64,000 nucleotides of DNA from a virus, in the IMG/VR virus record IMGVR_UViG_3300031949_000029, positions 420 through 64,419 of that record; one strand, written 5' to 3'. Under the pieces are notes generated by a model. It was not told where the DNA came from and ran no database searches. It saw only the letters and a list, made by a program, of their open reading frames with translations. The position numbers and the translations under genes were made by a program. Below, piece by piece: positions 53,066 to 63,972 of this stretch. Numbering within the stretch: position 1 is the stretch's first letter; each line of letters opens with the position of its first letter.

Positions 53066-53887
53066 ATGACTGGATATCGCGGGCTGGACCCACTAGCTGG
53101 CGGATTGGCAGTCCCACCTACGTGGAATCCGGGGTCAACTTCTGTGCCAGCTGTACGTTCTAGCGGGAGGTCAAATATGGCGGGTGGAATAGGCGGAGCA
53201 CAAGGACAAAGTAATGCGCTCAGGGATGTTTCTAGACCTACAGGCGCTGCTAATTTCCAGGCGTTAGGGATTTCTGATGGCCGTCCGCCTATGGGGGGCG
53301 GGGCTGGTTATCAAGCTAGTAGTTTTACGCCCTCCCCATTGCCAGCCTTCCCTAGCTTCAACTTTCAGGCCCCCTCTGTTAGTCAGTCGGCCCCAGTCCA
53401 GATGAACACTAACGTAGCTCCACATCCTGAGCTGATGCAGACTTTGGGCAGTATTAGGGATTACAGGGGACAGATGGGAGCTGGCTCTGATGTCGACGCT
53501 ATCAATGCGATGCAGCGGCAGCGGGATTATGCGAGTGGACAGGCTAAGGAGGCGAGTGCTAGTGCGGGGTCTAGGGGGTTTGCGCCCGGGACTGGCGTTA
53601 ATGCTTTGATGCAAGAGCGGGCAAGGCGCGCGGGAACACAGGCAGCTGGGAATGTCAATGCAGCCAGTGTCAGTGATGCTAGGAACAAGCAGTTGAGTGC
53701 ATTGGGGCTAGAGAGCGGGGCAGCAGGGAATGTGGCACAAAATCAGCTGGGGGCTGGGCAGCTAGCTGTTGGCCAGTACAGTGCACAGACCAGCGCCAAT
53801 AATGCTGCAGCCCAACTTCAGGCTCTGCAGAACAAGCAACAGACCGACGTGATGATGAGCCTGATGAACATGTACACTGGAGCTTAA
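53066..53887 (+). CDS. Putative DNA ejection/pilot protein
   Basis: Gly/Ala/Gln/Asn-rich low complexity. Confidence 0.5.
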   Translation: MTGYRGLDPLAGGLAVPPTWNPGSTSVPAVRSSGRSNMAGGIGGAQGQSNALRDVSRPTGAANFQALGISDGRPPMGGGAGYQASSFTPSPLPAFPSFNFQAPSVSQSAPVQMNTNVAPHPELMQTLGSIRDYRGQMGAGSDVDAINAMQRQRDYASGQAKEASASAGSRGFAPGTGVNALMQERARRAGTQAAGNVNAASVSDARNKQLSALGLESGAAGNVAQNQLGAGQLAVGQYSAQTSANNAAAQLQALQNKQQTDVMMSLMNMYTGA

Positions 53888-53888
53888 G

Positions 53889-54518
53889 ATGGCAGATAAC
53901 AGGGTCGGATATAGCGGCGGAAACATGAACGTGTCGACCAGCGCGCCTGGAATGCAGGTGGCCCCAGGGTCATTCGATCAGATTGGTGCCTTGCTAGCTC
54001 CCCTAATGGCCTACAAGCAGCAGAAGATGCAGATGGATTTGGCAGCCCAGCAACAGGCGATGGAGTTTGCTAGACAAGATCAGGCGCTTAGAGCGCAGCA
54101 ACAGCAGCAGGCCACAGCAGATATGCGGAGCGCTAGGGTGGGTCGGCAGTCATCTGGCGAGCAGGCTATGGCACTAGGGCCACAGCAGTGGGGTGGCGGT
54201 GGAGGAGAAGACTTGGTGCCTGAGATGGCCAGCATCGGGAAGTATGGATACTTTGGACAGACCGGGGTGCCCAACATGGGAGCTAGTACGGCTGCAACAG
54301 GTAGGATGATCCCAAGGTCGCAGGCCGCTGGGCCAGGAGCCTCTAGCTTTGGTTATGCAGGAACACCATCAGCAGCAGGACTTCAGGCATCAACGCTAGG
54401 AGCTACTGGTGGGTACTTTAGTGCTCCTGGTTCTCAGGGGCAAAGCATGGCAGAGCGGAATCCGATCCGAGGTGAGGAGCCTGAGCAACCAGAGAAGCAG
54501 CAGAGTGGGAGGAGGTAA
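53889..54518 (+). CDS. Putative ejection protein
   Basis: Gln/Ala/Gly/Met-rich. Confidence 0.45.
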   Translation: MADNRVGYSGGNMNVSTSAPGMQVAPGSFDQIGALLAPLMAYKQQKMQMDLAAQQQAMEFARQDQALRAQQQQQATADMRSARVGRQSSGEQAMALGPQQWGGGGGEDLVPEMASIGKYGYFGQTGVPNMGASTAATGRMIPRSQAAGPGASSFGYAGTPSAAGLQASTLGATGGYFSAPGSQGQSMAERNPIRGEEPEQPEKQQSGRR

Positions 54519-54520
54519 GC

Positions 54521-55642
54521 ATGGCACTTGACCCTTATCAGGAGGCATATTATAGAGCCTATAAGCCTGAGGAGCCTGTGGTAGAGACTGTGGATCCTAG
54601 GCTGGCTATAGCAGCTAGAGAGCTACTACAGAGAGCACAGATGCCGCAGGAGATTAACCAGCTTTTGAACCCAACTACACCTCAAGACTTCTCTGGACTA
54701 GAGACTTCTGGTCGACGCCTTGGTGCCTTGGCAGCGCTTCCGTTTGTAGGCCCCATTGGTTCTACTGCTATTTTAGGGGGGCCCGGCAAAGCTGGGGCAA
54801 CAATTGGAGCTGGTGCCAGGGCTTTTGGAGCTGGGATCGCTGGACTAGAGCAGCTAGGTGAGCAGGCGATCCAGGCAATGCAGGCTCCTATGACTGAAGC
54901 TGTGCGTGGGTATTATGGGGTTCCAAAGGTTTATCCACCAGCCCCACCTGCTACGGCTGGAGCGGTACCCAGCGCGACTACGTCTCCACGTCCTGTAGCA
55001 CCTATCCCAGTGACAGCAGGAACACCAGGATTCGAGCAGATCCAGCAGGAGCTGGACAGAAAGCTGACTGAGAATCAGAGACAGGCTTCTCTGGATGACA
55101 TCCAGTTCTCGGTTGGTAAAGGACAGCCAATGAAGAGTTATCTTAGGACTGGAGTTAGCCCTGAGGAACAGGCATTGATCGCTGCTGGTGGACTAGGACA
55201 GATCGAAGAGGCACCAGGATTTACGAAGAGTTTCCAGCCTAGTCCTGGTGGGGGCGGGGTATCAATGTTGACCCCAACTGCTGATCAGGCTGCTCAGCTC
55301 AGGCAGAAGGACTTGGTTCGAGATCTGACTACTAAGAAGCTGGAGCTTGAGATGGCTAGGGCCAGTATGACGCCTCAGCAGGTGGCCCAGTTGGCGCAGA
55401 AGCAAACTATGAGTCCAGTGGAGCAGGCTATTCAGGCCAAGGCGTTCCAGGATTATAGGGTGGCACAGAGAAAGGGAGCAGCACAGCTAGCACAACTTGA
55501 GTCCGTGAATCTGCCAGAGCAGCAAAAGGCCGATAAGCGCAGAGAGATCAGGGAACAGCTGCAAAATGAACTGGATAATGCACTGGCTCTAAGAAGAGGA
55601 ACACCGAGCAAGGCTTTTGGCGACCAGAGCCTGATCCAGTAG
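54521..55642 (+). CDS. Putative ejection protein
   Basis: 373 aa, helical, Gln-rich. Confidence 0.45.
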   Translation: MALDPYQEAYYRAYKPEEPVVETVDPRLAIAARELLQRAQMPQEINQLLNPTTPQDFSGLETSGRRLGALAALPFVGPIGSTAILGGPGKAGATIGAGARAFGAGIAGLEQLGEQAIQAMQAPMTEAVRGYYGVPKVYPPAPPATAGAVPSATTSPRPVAPIPVTAGTPGFEQIQQELDRKLTENQRQASLDDIQFSVGKGQPMKSYLRTGVSPEEQALIAAGGLGQIEEAPGFTKSFQPSPGGGGVSMLTPTADQAAQLRQKDLVRDLTTKKLELEMARASMTPQQVAQLAQKQTMSPVEQAIQAKAFQDYRVAQRKGAAQLAQLESVNLPEQQKADKRREIREQLQNELDNALALRRGTPSKAFGDQSLIQ

Positions 55643-55650
55643 GAATCTAG

Positions 55651-58600
55651 ATGGCCAAGACCACTTACGACCAGATGATCGATGAGATTCTGGCCGGAGG
55701 CTACGTAGCACCCGAAGACCTGATGTCGGCCTTGGAAGACGAGGACCAGGATATTCCAGTGCCTCCATTGGATTTGACACCTGCTCAGGAACCGAGAAAG
55801 CGGGGGGTTCTGGAGAGAATTGGGGAGAAGTTGCGGCCAGTGCAGGCGGTGGTAAATGCACCTGGGGCGACAACAGGCAGGTTGGCGGGGGCCTTGATGC
55901 CCGAAGCCTATAACAGGGCTTGGGCAGAGAACTTACAGGCTCCAGATGAGACACAGACTGGCTGGGAGACGGTGGCCAAGGCCCCGGGGGCAGGGCAGAC
56001 GGCAGCAGAGGCCCTATTCGGGGACACGACAGGCAGTCCTTGGAAGCAAACAGCTAAGGCTGCGACTGGGATTGTGGGGGACATTCTAACTGACCCTTTG
56101 ACCTATGTGCCACCGCTAGCAGTTGGAAAGAGGCTGGCTGGAGTGGCTGGTGGGGCCAGGATGCTAGGAACAGCACTGAAGGGAGAACGGCTGCCACTGG
56201 AAATTGCTACAGCATTAGGCAGAGAAGGGCTAGCGACGGCTAAGCCATTAGAGCTGGCGGCCCGTGGTGCGTCACAGGTCCTAGCTAGTCCGCTAGCTGG
56301 TATTGCCTACACGCCTGAGATCTTGCGAGGGATAGGTGGGGGGTTGGGCAATGCATGGGAACAGGCTAAGCAGGGGGATATTTCGGGGGCGGCAGCAGGT
56401 GGGACTCAGAGCCTGTTGATGGCTGGGATCGCTGGCCTGATTGGGCATGGGATCTGGTCAGAGAGGCAGGGAGCACAGGTTTTGGCGGCTGCGGCCAGGG
56501 AGCGGGCTACAGGGAGAGTGACGCCGCCGGCTGGAGCACTAGTGACGCCTCCAACAGCTGCGCCCCCACCACCTCCAGCAGCTGCACCACGCAGTACCCC
56601 TGGAGGCATGATCCCAGAGCCGATCAGGCCGGAGGGGGAGGGCTGGGGACCGCCAACTAGACCTGATCTGGGGCCGCCGATCCCGCTGGAACCTCCACCT
56701 GGCTGGGTTCCACCGGCCGTTGAGGCGCTGGTGACACCTGAGGCTGCTCCAACTAGACCAGCAGTTCAGGAATTTGTCCCTAGTCCAGAGCCCACACCTG
56801 CTCCGCCACCGGCAATAGTTCCTGAGGGGACCGTTGCTGTGGAGGTGGCTCCAGGGCAGTTTAGGCAGGCTGAGGCGGCACCAGCCAGAGCTGCTGAATC
56901 GGTAGTTCTGCCCGAAGCCCTTGTGGCAGCTCCAGAAGCCCCAAGACGGGTTGAGGCTGCTCCGATGGCTGAGGAGCCAGGGCAGGTCGCTCCAGTTCTG
57001 CCTGAGGCCGCACAGGCCCCCCAAATAGACATCCCAGCGGCCATTCGAGATGCCCTGGCCACCAATCCTTGGCTGACCGCTGACCGCCTGGCCCGGACTC
57101 CTGCCATGAAGGCCCTGTTTCCTGGAAAGAGCCGGGAGAAGATCGCTGTTGAGATCCGGAAGGTCAGGTCACAAGCGGCATTGGAGCGTGCTGCCTCGAT
57201 GGCTTCTCTGGAGGAAGCGCCAGTAGAGGCTCCGGCGGCTCCCGTTGCCCAACAGACTGCTCCCGAGATTATTGCTCAGCGGCTAGTCACTGAGAGACCA
57301 GATAGCTGGAAAGGAAGATGGCCACCTGATCCTAAGTCCTCAGCGGCTGTGAATATCCTAGCAGGCCACTTGATGACTGGAACCCATATGGGTAGACGAG
57401 AAGCTACCAGGTTGATCAGAACTGCGCTGGCTGCTGGCTATAAAGCACCACCAGCTGAAGAGGCTGCGGCAGCTGCTGCTAAGGAGCTAACACCTGTTCT
57501 GAAGGACGAGAAGGCGGCAGTAGCAGCTAAGCGCAAGCTGGACCGGGCCAAAGCTGCTCTTGAGAAGGGTCGTGAGCTGACTAAGGCCCAAGTCACTGAG
57601 GTGGAGCGCTTGGCGGCTAAGGATCCGGCCAAACTGACCGAAGCTGACCGGGCTAGGCTCGATGAGCTAGGCGGTGGGTTGGCGGGAGTTAAGGCAGAGG
57701 CTAGGGCTGTCGAAGCTAAGCAGGTACTGGAACCTGTCGAGGAAGCCGCTGTTACACCTGGACTAGTTAAGGTCGAGGAACTGCATGTTCCAGAAGACGT
57801 AAAGGAGCTTGGGGCATACACAGATCACGTCAGGAGCCTTGGTGATCTTGAGGGATCGGTTGAAGCAAGCCGCCTAGCTGATCATCCGGATGAACTTGGC
57901 AGGTTGGCAGACCAGCTTGAGGCTATGGGGATCCGTGGCTTCAACCAGGACGACAAGCGGTACAGAGGGATGCAGGGCAGACGCCTGCTTGCTCAGGACG
58001 CGATTAAGGCCCTGAAGCGGACCAATGTGACTGAGCTTAGAAAGCCGGTGAAAGAGCTGACTGCCCTAGTTGGCGGAGAGAAGTCTACTTTGGCTACCGA
58101 GATTACTGGGGCTGAGGCGGGGGCACAGGGATTGAGTCCTCAGAAGGCACCGACACCAGCTAAGGCTGAAGACCAGGTAGCTGTGGTCATCGAGCAGTTG
58201 AAGCAGGCACAGGAGACTAGGCTGAAGTTGCTAGGAAAGCAAGGAGCTGAACCAACTGAAGCTATGGTGATCAGTAGGGTAGGCGAGGGTGGATTGCCTA
58301 ATCCTGTCGAGTGGCTGCGGAACAAGACCGGCAAGAATTTGATGGATCTGAAGCCAGAAGCCAGGAGGAAGGCTCAGGCTGACTGGCTGAAGGAGATGAA
58401 GGGAAGACTAGCTGCAGAGGGGGAGAAGAAGGGGCCAAAGTTACCACCTGCTACTGCTGACTTCCTCGGCCTCTCTCAAGCCTGGGAAGCAGTGAAGTTG
58501 GCCTTCAAGGGCACCAAGACAGCTGATGGGCGTACCGCTGATGAGGCCATGCAGGAGTCCCTAAAAATGCTGAAGAAGGCTGCTAGGGAAGTTCCACCTA

Positions 58601-61065
58601 AGCCTGCTTCAGCTGAGGTTCTGAAGGCGGCGACTGGGCAAATCAACCGGGGGATTGACGTTGAGAAGGCTGGACCGCAAGAGAAGCATGAGATGTTTGT
58701 TCGGCTATCCAAGCTGGATGACTTCGACGAGGAGGAGAAGCAGTTGTATGGGACCTTGGCACAGGCTTTGAATCCTGCGTTGAGCAGGTCAATCAGGCAG
58801 TCAACTTTGAGTCAGCAGGTCGACGCCCTACGATTGATCTCTGAACATGATGACGCTGAGCTGGCCAAGATGGGAGCGATGCCAAGTACCGTGGACGCGC
58901 TGCGAAGAGTTACTGCTGCTAGGATCAGAGATATCAACGGTGCAAAGACTGCGTTGCTCCAGGCAGGGATGGTAAGTGGCGAGAAGGAACGTACTGCTGC
59001 CATTGACATGGCGTCTGGCAAGCTACTAGACGCCACTGCGCGCTGGAACCTGGTTGCCCATTCCTTGGCCAACAAACGGACCAATGTGGCTAGGACCATG
59101 GCCATGCTCCGCCATGGCTATGAAGCTGCTGATGTAACTCTGAGCCAGCGCGGCCAGATTATGAGTAGGATGCGGGCGGCGGGAATGTCTAAGCCGGTTA
59201 TAGAGAAGGCCATGGCGATATTGGCTAAGGGAGATGTAGAAAGCTTGCGGGAGTTTATTCGTAAGGCCACTGATCCGGATTGGCTGGACAAAGTCCTGTT
59301 CTGGTGGAAGGCTGGGCTCATTGGGCCTACTGCTCTCGTAGCCAACACGGTAGGCAATGTGACGCTAGCTGGCATTACTGATATAGCCAACATGGTAGTG
59401 GCACCCGGCATCGAGGGAATTCTGGCTAAGGCTCAAGGGCGCAAGCGGGAGCGGTTCTTTGGGGAGACTACTGCTAGGCTTGCTGGTTACAAGGCGGTCT
59501 GGGGCGGGCCAGATGGTGCGTTGACTGTGTTGGTCCGAGATGTCTTGGGCAGTCTGAACATAATAAACCCTAAGGTTATAGAGGCTCCGTTTGGTGGAGA
59601 GGGGCTAGCTGATATCCGGCAGCCTGCGATTGGGGGGAAAGCTGGCGAACGCATCGCCTGGTCTTTCAAGATTCTTAGTGCTTTCGACAACTTCAACAAG
59701 AAAATGCGTGCAGGCCAAGAGCTGTATGCACAGATTTACAGGCTACATAGATATTCAGGTGGGTCCCATGAGAAGGCCCTGGCCGGATTCGTGAAAGATG
59801 CGCAAGGTGCATTGGAAGTGCTGAAGGCTGGGCCGAAATCGGAGCAGTGGAAGCATTTGAAGGGGATCCTGGAGTCGGTCAAGCAGCATTATGACCGGGA
59901 CACTCTGCAGGCTCCTTTGAAGGGGATCGCGCAGGCTGTTAACACTGGAGTCATGAATAATCGAGGCTGGCAGTTCCTGGTGCCCTTCACTAAGACTCCA
60001 GCCAACAGCATCATCGAGACGCTGATGATGACGCCGGTTGGGTTTGCGGCGGCTCTACGGAAGCTACACAAGGGAGAGCTGCGGGGTGGTGATCTGGCCG
60101 AGGAGCTTGCTAAGCCGGTGCTAGGATCGACGATTGCTATGGGGATCGGACTTATGGCTGCTGAGGGGTTGATTACGGGAGGCGGTGACCCTGATTGGCG
60201 GAAGCAACAGGCTTTGGAGGAGACAGGCTGGCAGCCTTATAGTGTGAAGATTGGGGACCAATATGTAAGCTATGCGAGGGTGCAGCCACTGGCTGGTGTG
60301 GTAGGCATGGTGGCCGACATGATTGAGGGGTACAACCAGGGTGAATTTAACACTCCTACCAAAGCTGCTGTGCGTGTGAGTGCTAGCATCGGGGAGAACA
60401 TTACTAATCAGACATTTTTGAGCGGGCTACAGGGGTTCTTTACGGCGTGGTCTGATCCAGTTCGCTACGGGGAACGGTTGGCTAAGCAGTTGACTGGGTC
60501 AGTGGTGCCGAATGTGATTGCCAAGACTGCCCAAGTTTTCGACCCGGCTTTTAGAGAGACCAAGGGGAGTCTGACGGCTGCCTTGATGGCTAGGATTCCT
60601 GGGTTCTCGACGACACTGCCTGCTCAGCGCACACCAACTGGAGCTGAGCGGGAGCGCCCTGGGTCTGCATTAGAGCGGTTTGCCAGCCCATTCGCTCGTA
60701 CTGAGGTCAAGGAGGGAGATAATTCGGATGTGGCCAGGGAGATGTACATGGTAGGCAAGGTTCCTGCCAAAGCTCCTCAGTTCATCACTGTGCCCCGCTA
60801 TGGCAAGGTCACTCTAGCACCCGGAGAAGTAGAAGAATTCCAGCGTGCCCACGAACTAGCGACCAAGCGAATGGCTAGAATCATCAAGGATCCTACTTAT
60901 CTGGCTCTCCCACTCAATGACGATGATGCGGCAGCCAAGGGACGAATTGGTAGCAAGACCCGCTATGATGTGATTGAGAATGTGTACAGGAAGTTTAGGC
61001 AAGAGGCCAGGCGGAAGCTAGTTAAGCGGGTTTATACGAGGGCACGTAGAGAGAAGGTGGCCTAG
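55651..61065 (+). CDS. Large internal virion/ejection protein (LPD38-like C-terminus)
   Basis: 1804 aa; FLVPFTKTPAN and GWQPYSVKIGDQYVSY..VQP C-terminal pattern. Confidence 0.55.
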   Translation: MAKTTYDQMIDEILAGGYVAPEDLMSALEDEDQDIPVPPLDLTPAQEPRKRGVLERIGEKLRPVQAVVNAPGATTGRLAGALMPEAYNRAWAENLQAPDETQTGWETVAKAPGAGQTAAEALFGDTTGSPWKQTAKAATGIVGDILTDPLTYVPPLAVGKRLAGVAGGARMLGTALKGERLPLEIATALGREGLATAKPLELAARGASQVLASPLAGIAYTPEILRGIGGGLGNAWEQAKQGDISGAAAGGTQSLLMAGIAGLIGHGIWSERQGAQVLAAAARERATGRVTPPAGALVTPPTAAPPPPPAAAPRSTPGGMIPEPIRPEGEGWGPPTRPDLGPPIPLEPPPGWVPPAVEALVTPEAAPTRPAVQEFVPSPEPTPAPPPAIVPEGTVAVEVAPGQFRQAEAAPARAAESVVLPEALVAAPEAPRRVEAAPMAEEPGQVAPVLPEAAQAPQIDIPAAIRDALATNPWLTADRLARTPAMKALFPGKSREKIAVEIRKVRSQAALERAASMASLEEAPVEAPAAPVAQQTAPEIIAQRLVTERPDSWKGRWPPDPKSSAAVNILAGHLMTGTHMGRREATRLIRTALAAGYKAPPAEEAAAAAAKELTPVLKDEKAAVAAKRKLDRAKAALEKGRELTKAQVTEVERLAAKDPAKLTEADRARLDELGGGLAGVKAEARAVEAKQVLEPVEEAAVTPGLVKVEELHVPEDVKELGAYTDHVRSLGDLEGSVEASRLADHPDELGRLADQLEAMGIRGFNQDDKRYRGMQGRRLLAQDAIKALKRTNVTELRKPVKELTALVGGEKSTLATEITGAEAGAQGLSPQKAPTPAKAEDQVAVVIEQLKQAQETRLKLLGKQGAEPTEAMVISRVGEGGLPNPVEWLRNKTGKNLMDLKPEARRKAQADWLKEMKGRLAAEGEKKGPKLPPATADFLGLSQAWEAVKLAFKGTKTADGRTADEAMQESLKMLKKAAREVPPKPASAEVLKAATGQINRGIDVEKAGPQEKHEMFVRLSKLDDFDEEEKQLYGTLAQALNPALSRSIRQSTLSQQVDALRLISEHDDAELAKMGAMPSTVDALRRVTAARIRDINGAKTALLQAGMVSGEKERTAAIDMASGKLLDATARWNLVAHSLANKRTNVARTMAMLRHGYEAADVTLSQRGQIMSRMRAAGMSKPVIEKAMAILAKGDVESLREFIRKATDPDWLDKVLFWWKAGLIGPTALVANTVGNVTLAGITDIANMVVAPGIEGILAKAQGRKRERFFGETTARLAGYKAVWGGPDGALTVLVRDVLGSLNIINPKVIEAPFGGEGLADIRQPAIGGKAGERIAWSFKILSAFDNFNKKMRAGQELYAQIYRLHRYSGGSHEKALAGFVKDAQGALEVLKAGPKSEQWKHLKGILESVKQHYDRDTLQAPLKGIAQAVNTGVMNNRGWQFLVPFTKTPANSIIETLMMTPVGFAAALRKLHKGELRGGDLAEELAKPVLGSTIAMGIGLMAAEGLITGGGDPDWRKQQALEETGWQPYSVKIGDQYVSYARVQPLAGVVGMVADMIEGYNQGEFNTPTKAAVRVSASIGENITNQTFLSGLQGFFTAWSDPVRYGERLAKQLTGSVVPNVIAKTAQVFDPAFRETKGSLTAALMARIPGFSTTLPAQRTPTGAERERPGSALERFASPFARTEVKEGDNSDVAREMYMVGKVPAKAPQFITVPRYGKVTLAPGEVEEFQRAHELATKRMARIIKDPTYLALPLNDDDAAAKGRIGSKTRYDVIENVYRKFRQEARRKLVKRVYTRARREKVA

Positions 61066-62192
61066 TGTACGCAGGGCAGCGGAGCGGTAGGCGGATCCGG
61101 TTGATTGGCCGGTCATGGAACGACGTGACCAGAGAGCTAGAGGACCGTCTGAATGCTGACCTAGATGCCAATGCTCCTGGTTCAGTGCCCTCTGGGGCCT
61201 TCACTGGGGCTCTACCACCGGTTGTGGAGAATAACACTGGGCTTGGTGGGGTGGTGGGTAATCCCTCGAATGGTTGGCTGCCTGGGGACTCTAATTATAT
61301 TGTGAAGCGTTATGTCAGAGCCTATCAGGACGGCCTGGAGATCGGGACCAGGAATGCTTACAACTTTGCTGATGGCCTGGTGGTTACAGACGAAGGCGGG
61401 ACTCTAGATCGGATCAAGGTGTCCGCTGCCAACCTGGGGGCCGCTGATTTGGGTGAGGTCACCGAGTTGTGTCGTGCCTCTTGGCATCTGGATGAGACAA
61501 GCGGTGTGCGCTACGACAGCATCGGCAAGAGCCACATGACGGACGACGGGATCGCTGGTGTTGTGGCTGGCCAGATCGGAAACGCCGCAGACTTCAACGG
61601 TACAGCCAAGCACCTGTTCACGGCCAACAACAGCGTACTCGACATCGGGGACCAAAGCATGACGCTGGCGGCCTGGTACAAACCGCACGCGCATCCTGTT
61701 GGTGACCAATACCGGATCGTGGGAACTGACAATGGCGGGGTTGGATTCTGGCTGTGGCACACCAACTTTCTGCCGAATGAAAACATCGCTCTGTACTGGC
61801 ACGGGGTTGCAGTGGCGGCCGGCACCTTGTACCTCAACATCGAGCTTGACGTGTGGTATCTGATCGTGGCGTGGCGGGATAAGGACGCCGGTGAGATCGG
61901 GATCGCGGCGTACAGCCAGCGGGTGATTGACACGTTTGGGGACTTCTATAACGGGTACGTGTACACAGACGTAGACGCGACTGGGGCTGCGACCGGACAG
62001 CCGTTCGAGATCGGAGCGGCGGCGGGCAAGTACATCAACGGGTCGGTGGACGCGGTGCACTTTTTCCCCGGCGTCGTGCTCACGCGCGCCCAGCGGAATC
62101 TGCTGTGGAATGGTGGCCTGGGGCGGCAGCTTGCGATCCCGGCGTATGTTGAGGACGTAGAAGTTCTTACCAGACAAATGGCGCTGCTATGA
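61065..62192 (+). CDS. Tail protein with LamG/concanavalin A-like domain
   Basis: SWHLDETSG...MTLAAWYK...WYLIVAW...GSVDAVHFF. Confidence 0.7.
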   Translation: MYAGQRSGRRIRLIGRSWNDVTRELEDRLNADLDANAPGSVPSGAFTGALPPVVENNTGLGGVVGNPSNGWLPGDSNYIVKRYVRAYQDGLEIGTRNAYNFADGLVVTDEGGTLDRIKVSAANLGAADLGEVTELCRASWHLDETSGVRYDSIGKSHMTDDGIAGVVAGQIGNAADFNGTAKHLFTANNSVLDIGDQSMTLAAWYKPHAHPVGDQYRIVGTDNGGVGFWLWHTNFLPNENIALYWHGVAVAAGTLYLNIELDVWYLIVAWRDKDAGEIGIAAYSQRVIDTFGDFYNGYVYTDVDATGAATGQPFEIGAAAGKYINGSVDAVHFFPGVVLTRAQRNLLWNGGLGRQLAIPAYVEDVEVLTRQMALL

Positions 62193-62506
62193 TCCTTGCA
62201 GGCTCGCTCGCTGACAGCCAGTTGCCAGCCGCGAAAGGCACGCTCTATGCGGTGCCAACGGCAACCGAGGCGTTCGGAATCGAGATCCACTTGACTGCCA
62301 CGGGTGCGGCCGTGAGATCCGTCAACATCTACGTGAAGCGCTCCGGATCAAGTAGCCGCCGAGTGATACCCAAGGACCTCTTGATGAATCCGAATGACAA
62401 CGCGGTCAAGACGATCCGGTCGTTGAGCGCTGGGGATCTGATTGAAGGAGATGCCACGGCTGCGACGGAAGTGGACTTCACGATCACTGGGGATCTCCGT
62501 ACATGA
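62189..62506 (+). CDS. Small virion protein
   Basis: TLYAVP...LSAGDLI...VDFTITG pattern. Confidence 0.5.
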   Translation: MILAGSLADSQLPAAKGTLYAVPTATEAFGIEIHLTATGAAVRSVNIYVKRSGSSSRRVIPKDLLMNPNDNAVKTIRSLSAGDLIEGDATAATEVDFTITGDLRT

Positions 62507-63525
62507 GCCTGAAAGTCTACGATACGCGCGGCCGGCTTAAGATCGCCGCTCCGACCCAGGACATTCACGGGCGCTTCGGTGAAGTCTCTCAGGTCCGTGA
62601 ACTGCTGACGGCTGAACCCTACCGTGTGGCCGGGGCGATCTTCGTTGGAACAACCATCGACAGCCTCTTCTGGACAGCGGCAGCAAGCGGGGCCGGGGCG
62701 GCAAATACTCAGGCAACCGGGCTGATCAGCAGCACATCTGGCACCGCCAACAGTGGCTATGCTCAGGTGCAGAGCGCAATGCTTGGGCGCTTCATGTTCG
62801 CCCATCCGCTCCTGCTAAGGCTGGCCGGGCGCATCACTGAGGCGGTTGTGGCGCTCAACACGCGCCGCTGGGGTGTGTTCACGACTACGGTCACTCCGAC
62901 ACCGACTGATGGATTCTACTTCGAGCAGAGCGCTGCTGGCGTGCTGTCTGTGGTATGCAGCAATGGAGGCACCCCTCAATCTGTGGCCTCGGGCAGTTTC
63001 AATGGTGAGGTGTCGGCCTACACGCTCAACACCAACGTTCACGCTTTCGAGATCCACTACTTTGTGATGCAGGTGCAGTTCTTCATCGACAACGTTCTGA
63101 TCCACACGTTCACACCGACCACAGTGAACCTAACTGGTGATTACAATCTACCGATTTCCTGGAACTCAGTGAACGGTGGGGCCGGCATAACGTCTGGCGT
63201 ATTCGAGTGCTGGGCCGCAATGACGAAGCGCATGGGTCGGGACACAACTCAGCCGTCCAGTGGCCGGCAGGTCGGAATCGGGACGCTGGTCCTAAAGCGT
63301 GGCCCAGGGTCGCTACACACGGTCAACTTGTCGGCGATCAGCAACAACGCGGTGGTCACGTTGTACGACAACATGGCGGCATCGGGGACCGTAATCTGGA
63401 GCAGCGGAGCGCTCGCAGCGAACAGCCTGCCGTTCGACATTGACCTGCACGACGTGCCTTTTTCAACTGGGTTGACAGTGGATATCACAGTAGCGGCAGC
63501 CACCGTGGTTGTCGTCTATGAGTAA
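62503..63525 (+). CDS. Putative tail protein
   Basis: 340 aa; beta-rich lectin-like core. Confidence 0.5.
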   Translation: MSLKVYDTRGRLKIAAPTQDIHGRFGEVSQVRELLTAEPYRVAGAIFVGTTIDSLFWTAAASGAGAANTQATGLISSTSGTANSGYAQVQSAMLGRFMFAHPLLLRLAGRITEAVVALNTRRWGVFTTTVTPTPTDGFYFEQSAAGVLSVVCSNGGTPQSVASGSFNGEVSAYTLNTNVHAFEIHYFVMQVQFFIDNVLIHTFTPTTVNLTGDYNLPISWNSVNGGAGITSGVFECWAAMTKRMGRDTTQPSSGRQVGIGTLVLKRGPGSLHTVNLSAISNNAVVTLYDNMAASGTVIWSSGALAANSLPFDIDLHDVPFSTGLTVDITVAAATVVVVYE

Positions 63526-63540
63526 TCAAAGGGGGTATTA

Positions 63541-63972
63541 ATGGCCGTTTTCAACAAGTACCAAGACTTCGTAGAGCAGCTGGGCAAGGGCGTACATCAG
63601 CTCCATGCTGCTGGGCACACGCTCAAGATCGCGCTCACGAACACTGCCCCCAATGCGGCAACCCATACCGTTCGGGCTGACATCACAGAACTGGCTAGCG
63701 GGAACGGCTACACACAGAACGCCGCCGGGCTTGACATCCAGAACGATTACACCGAGAGCGGCGGCACTGGCACACTGACTGGCACAGACGTGGTGATTAC
63801 GGCATCCGGTGGGACCGTTGGGCCTTTCCGATATGTGGTGCTCTTCAATGATACGCCAGCCGCGCCGGTAGACCCAGTGGTCGGCTGGTGGGATTACGGC
63901 TCTTCAATCACACGCCAAGATACTGAGACTTTCACCACAGACTTTGGTGTCTCGGTTACGACGTTCGCATGA
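63541..63972 (+). CDS. Conserved phage tail-associated protein
   Basis: FNKYQDFVE...LKIALTNTAP...GPFRYVVLFND...WWDYGSSIT. Confidence 0.6.
   Translation: MAVFNKYQDFVEQLGKGVHQLHAAGHTLKIALTNTAPNAATHTVRADITELASGNGYTQNAAGLDIQNDYTESGGTGTLTGTDVVITASGGTVGPFRYVVLFNDTPAAPVDPVVGWWDYGSSITRQDTETFTTDFGVSVTTFA

Noticed and set aside
55651-61065. Tape-measure protein or virion RNA polymerase
   Set aside because: No tail tube/chaperone genes or TMP repeats, and no recognisable RNAP catalytic motif; an ejection protein fits better
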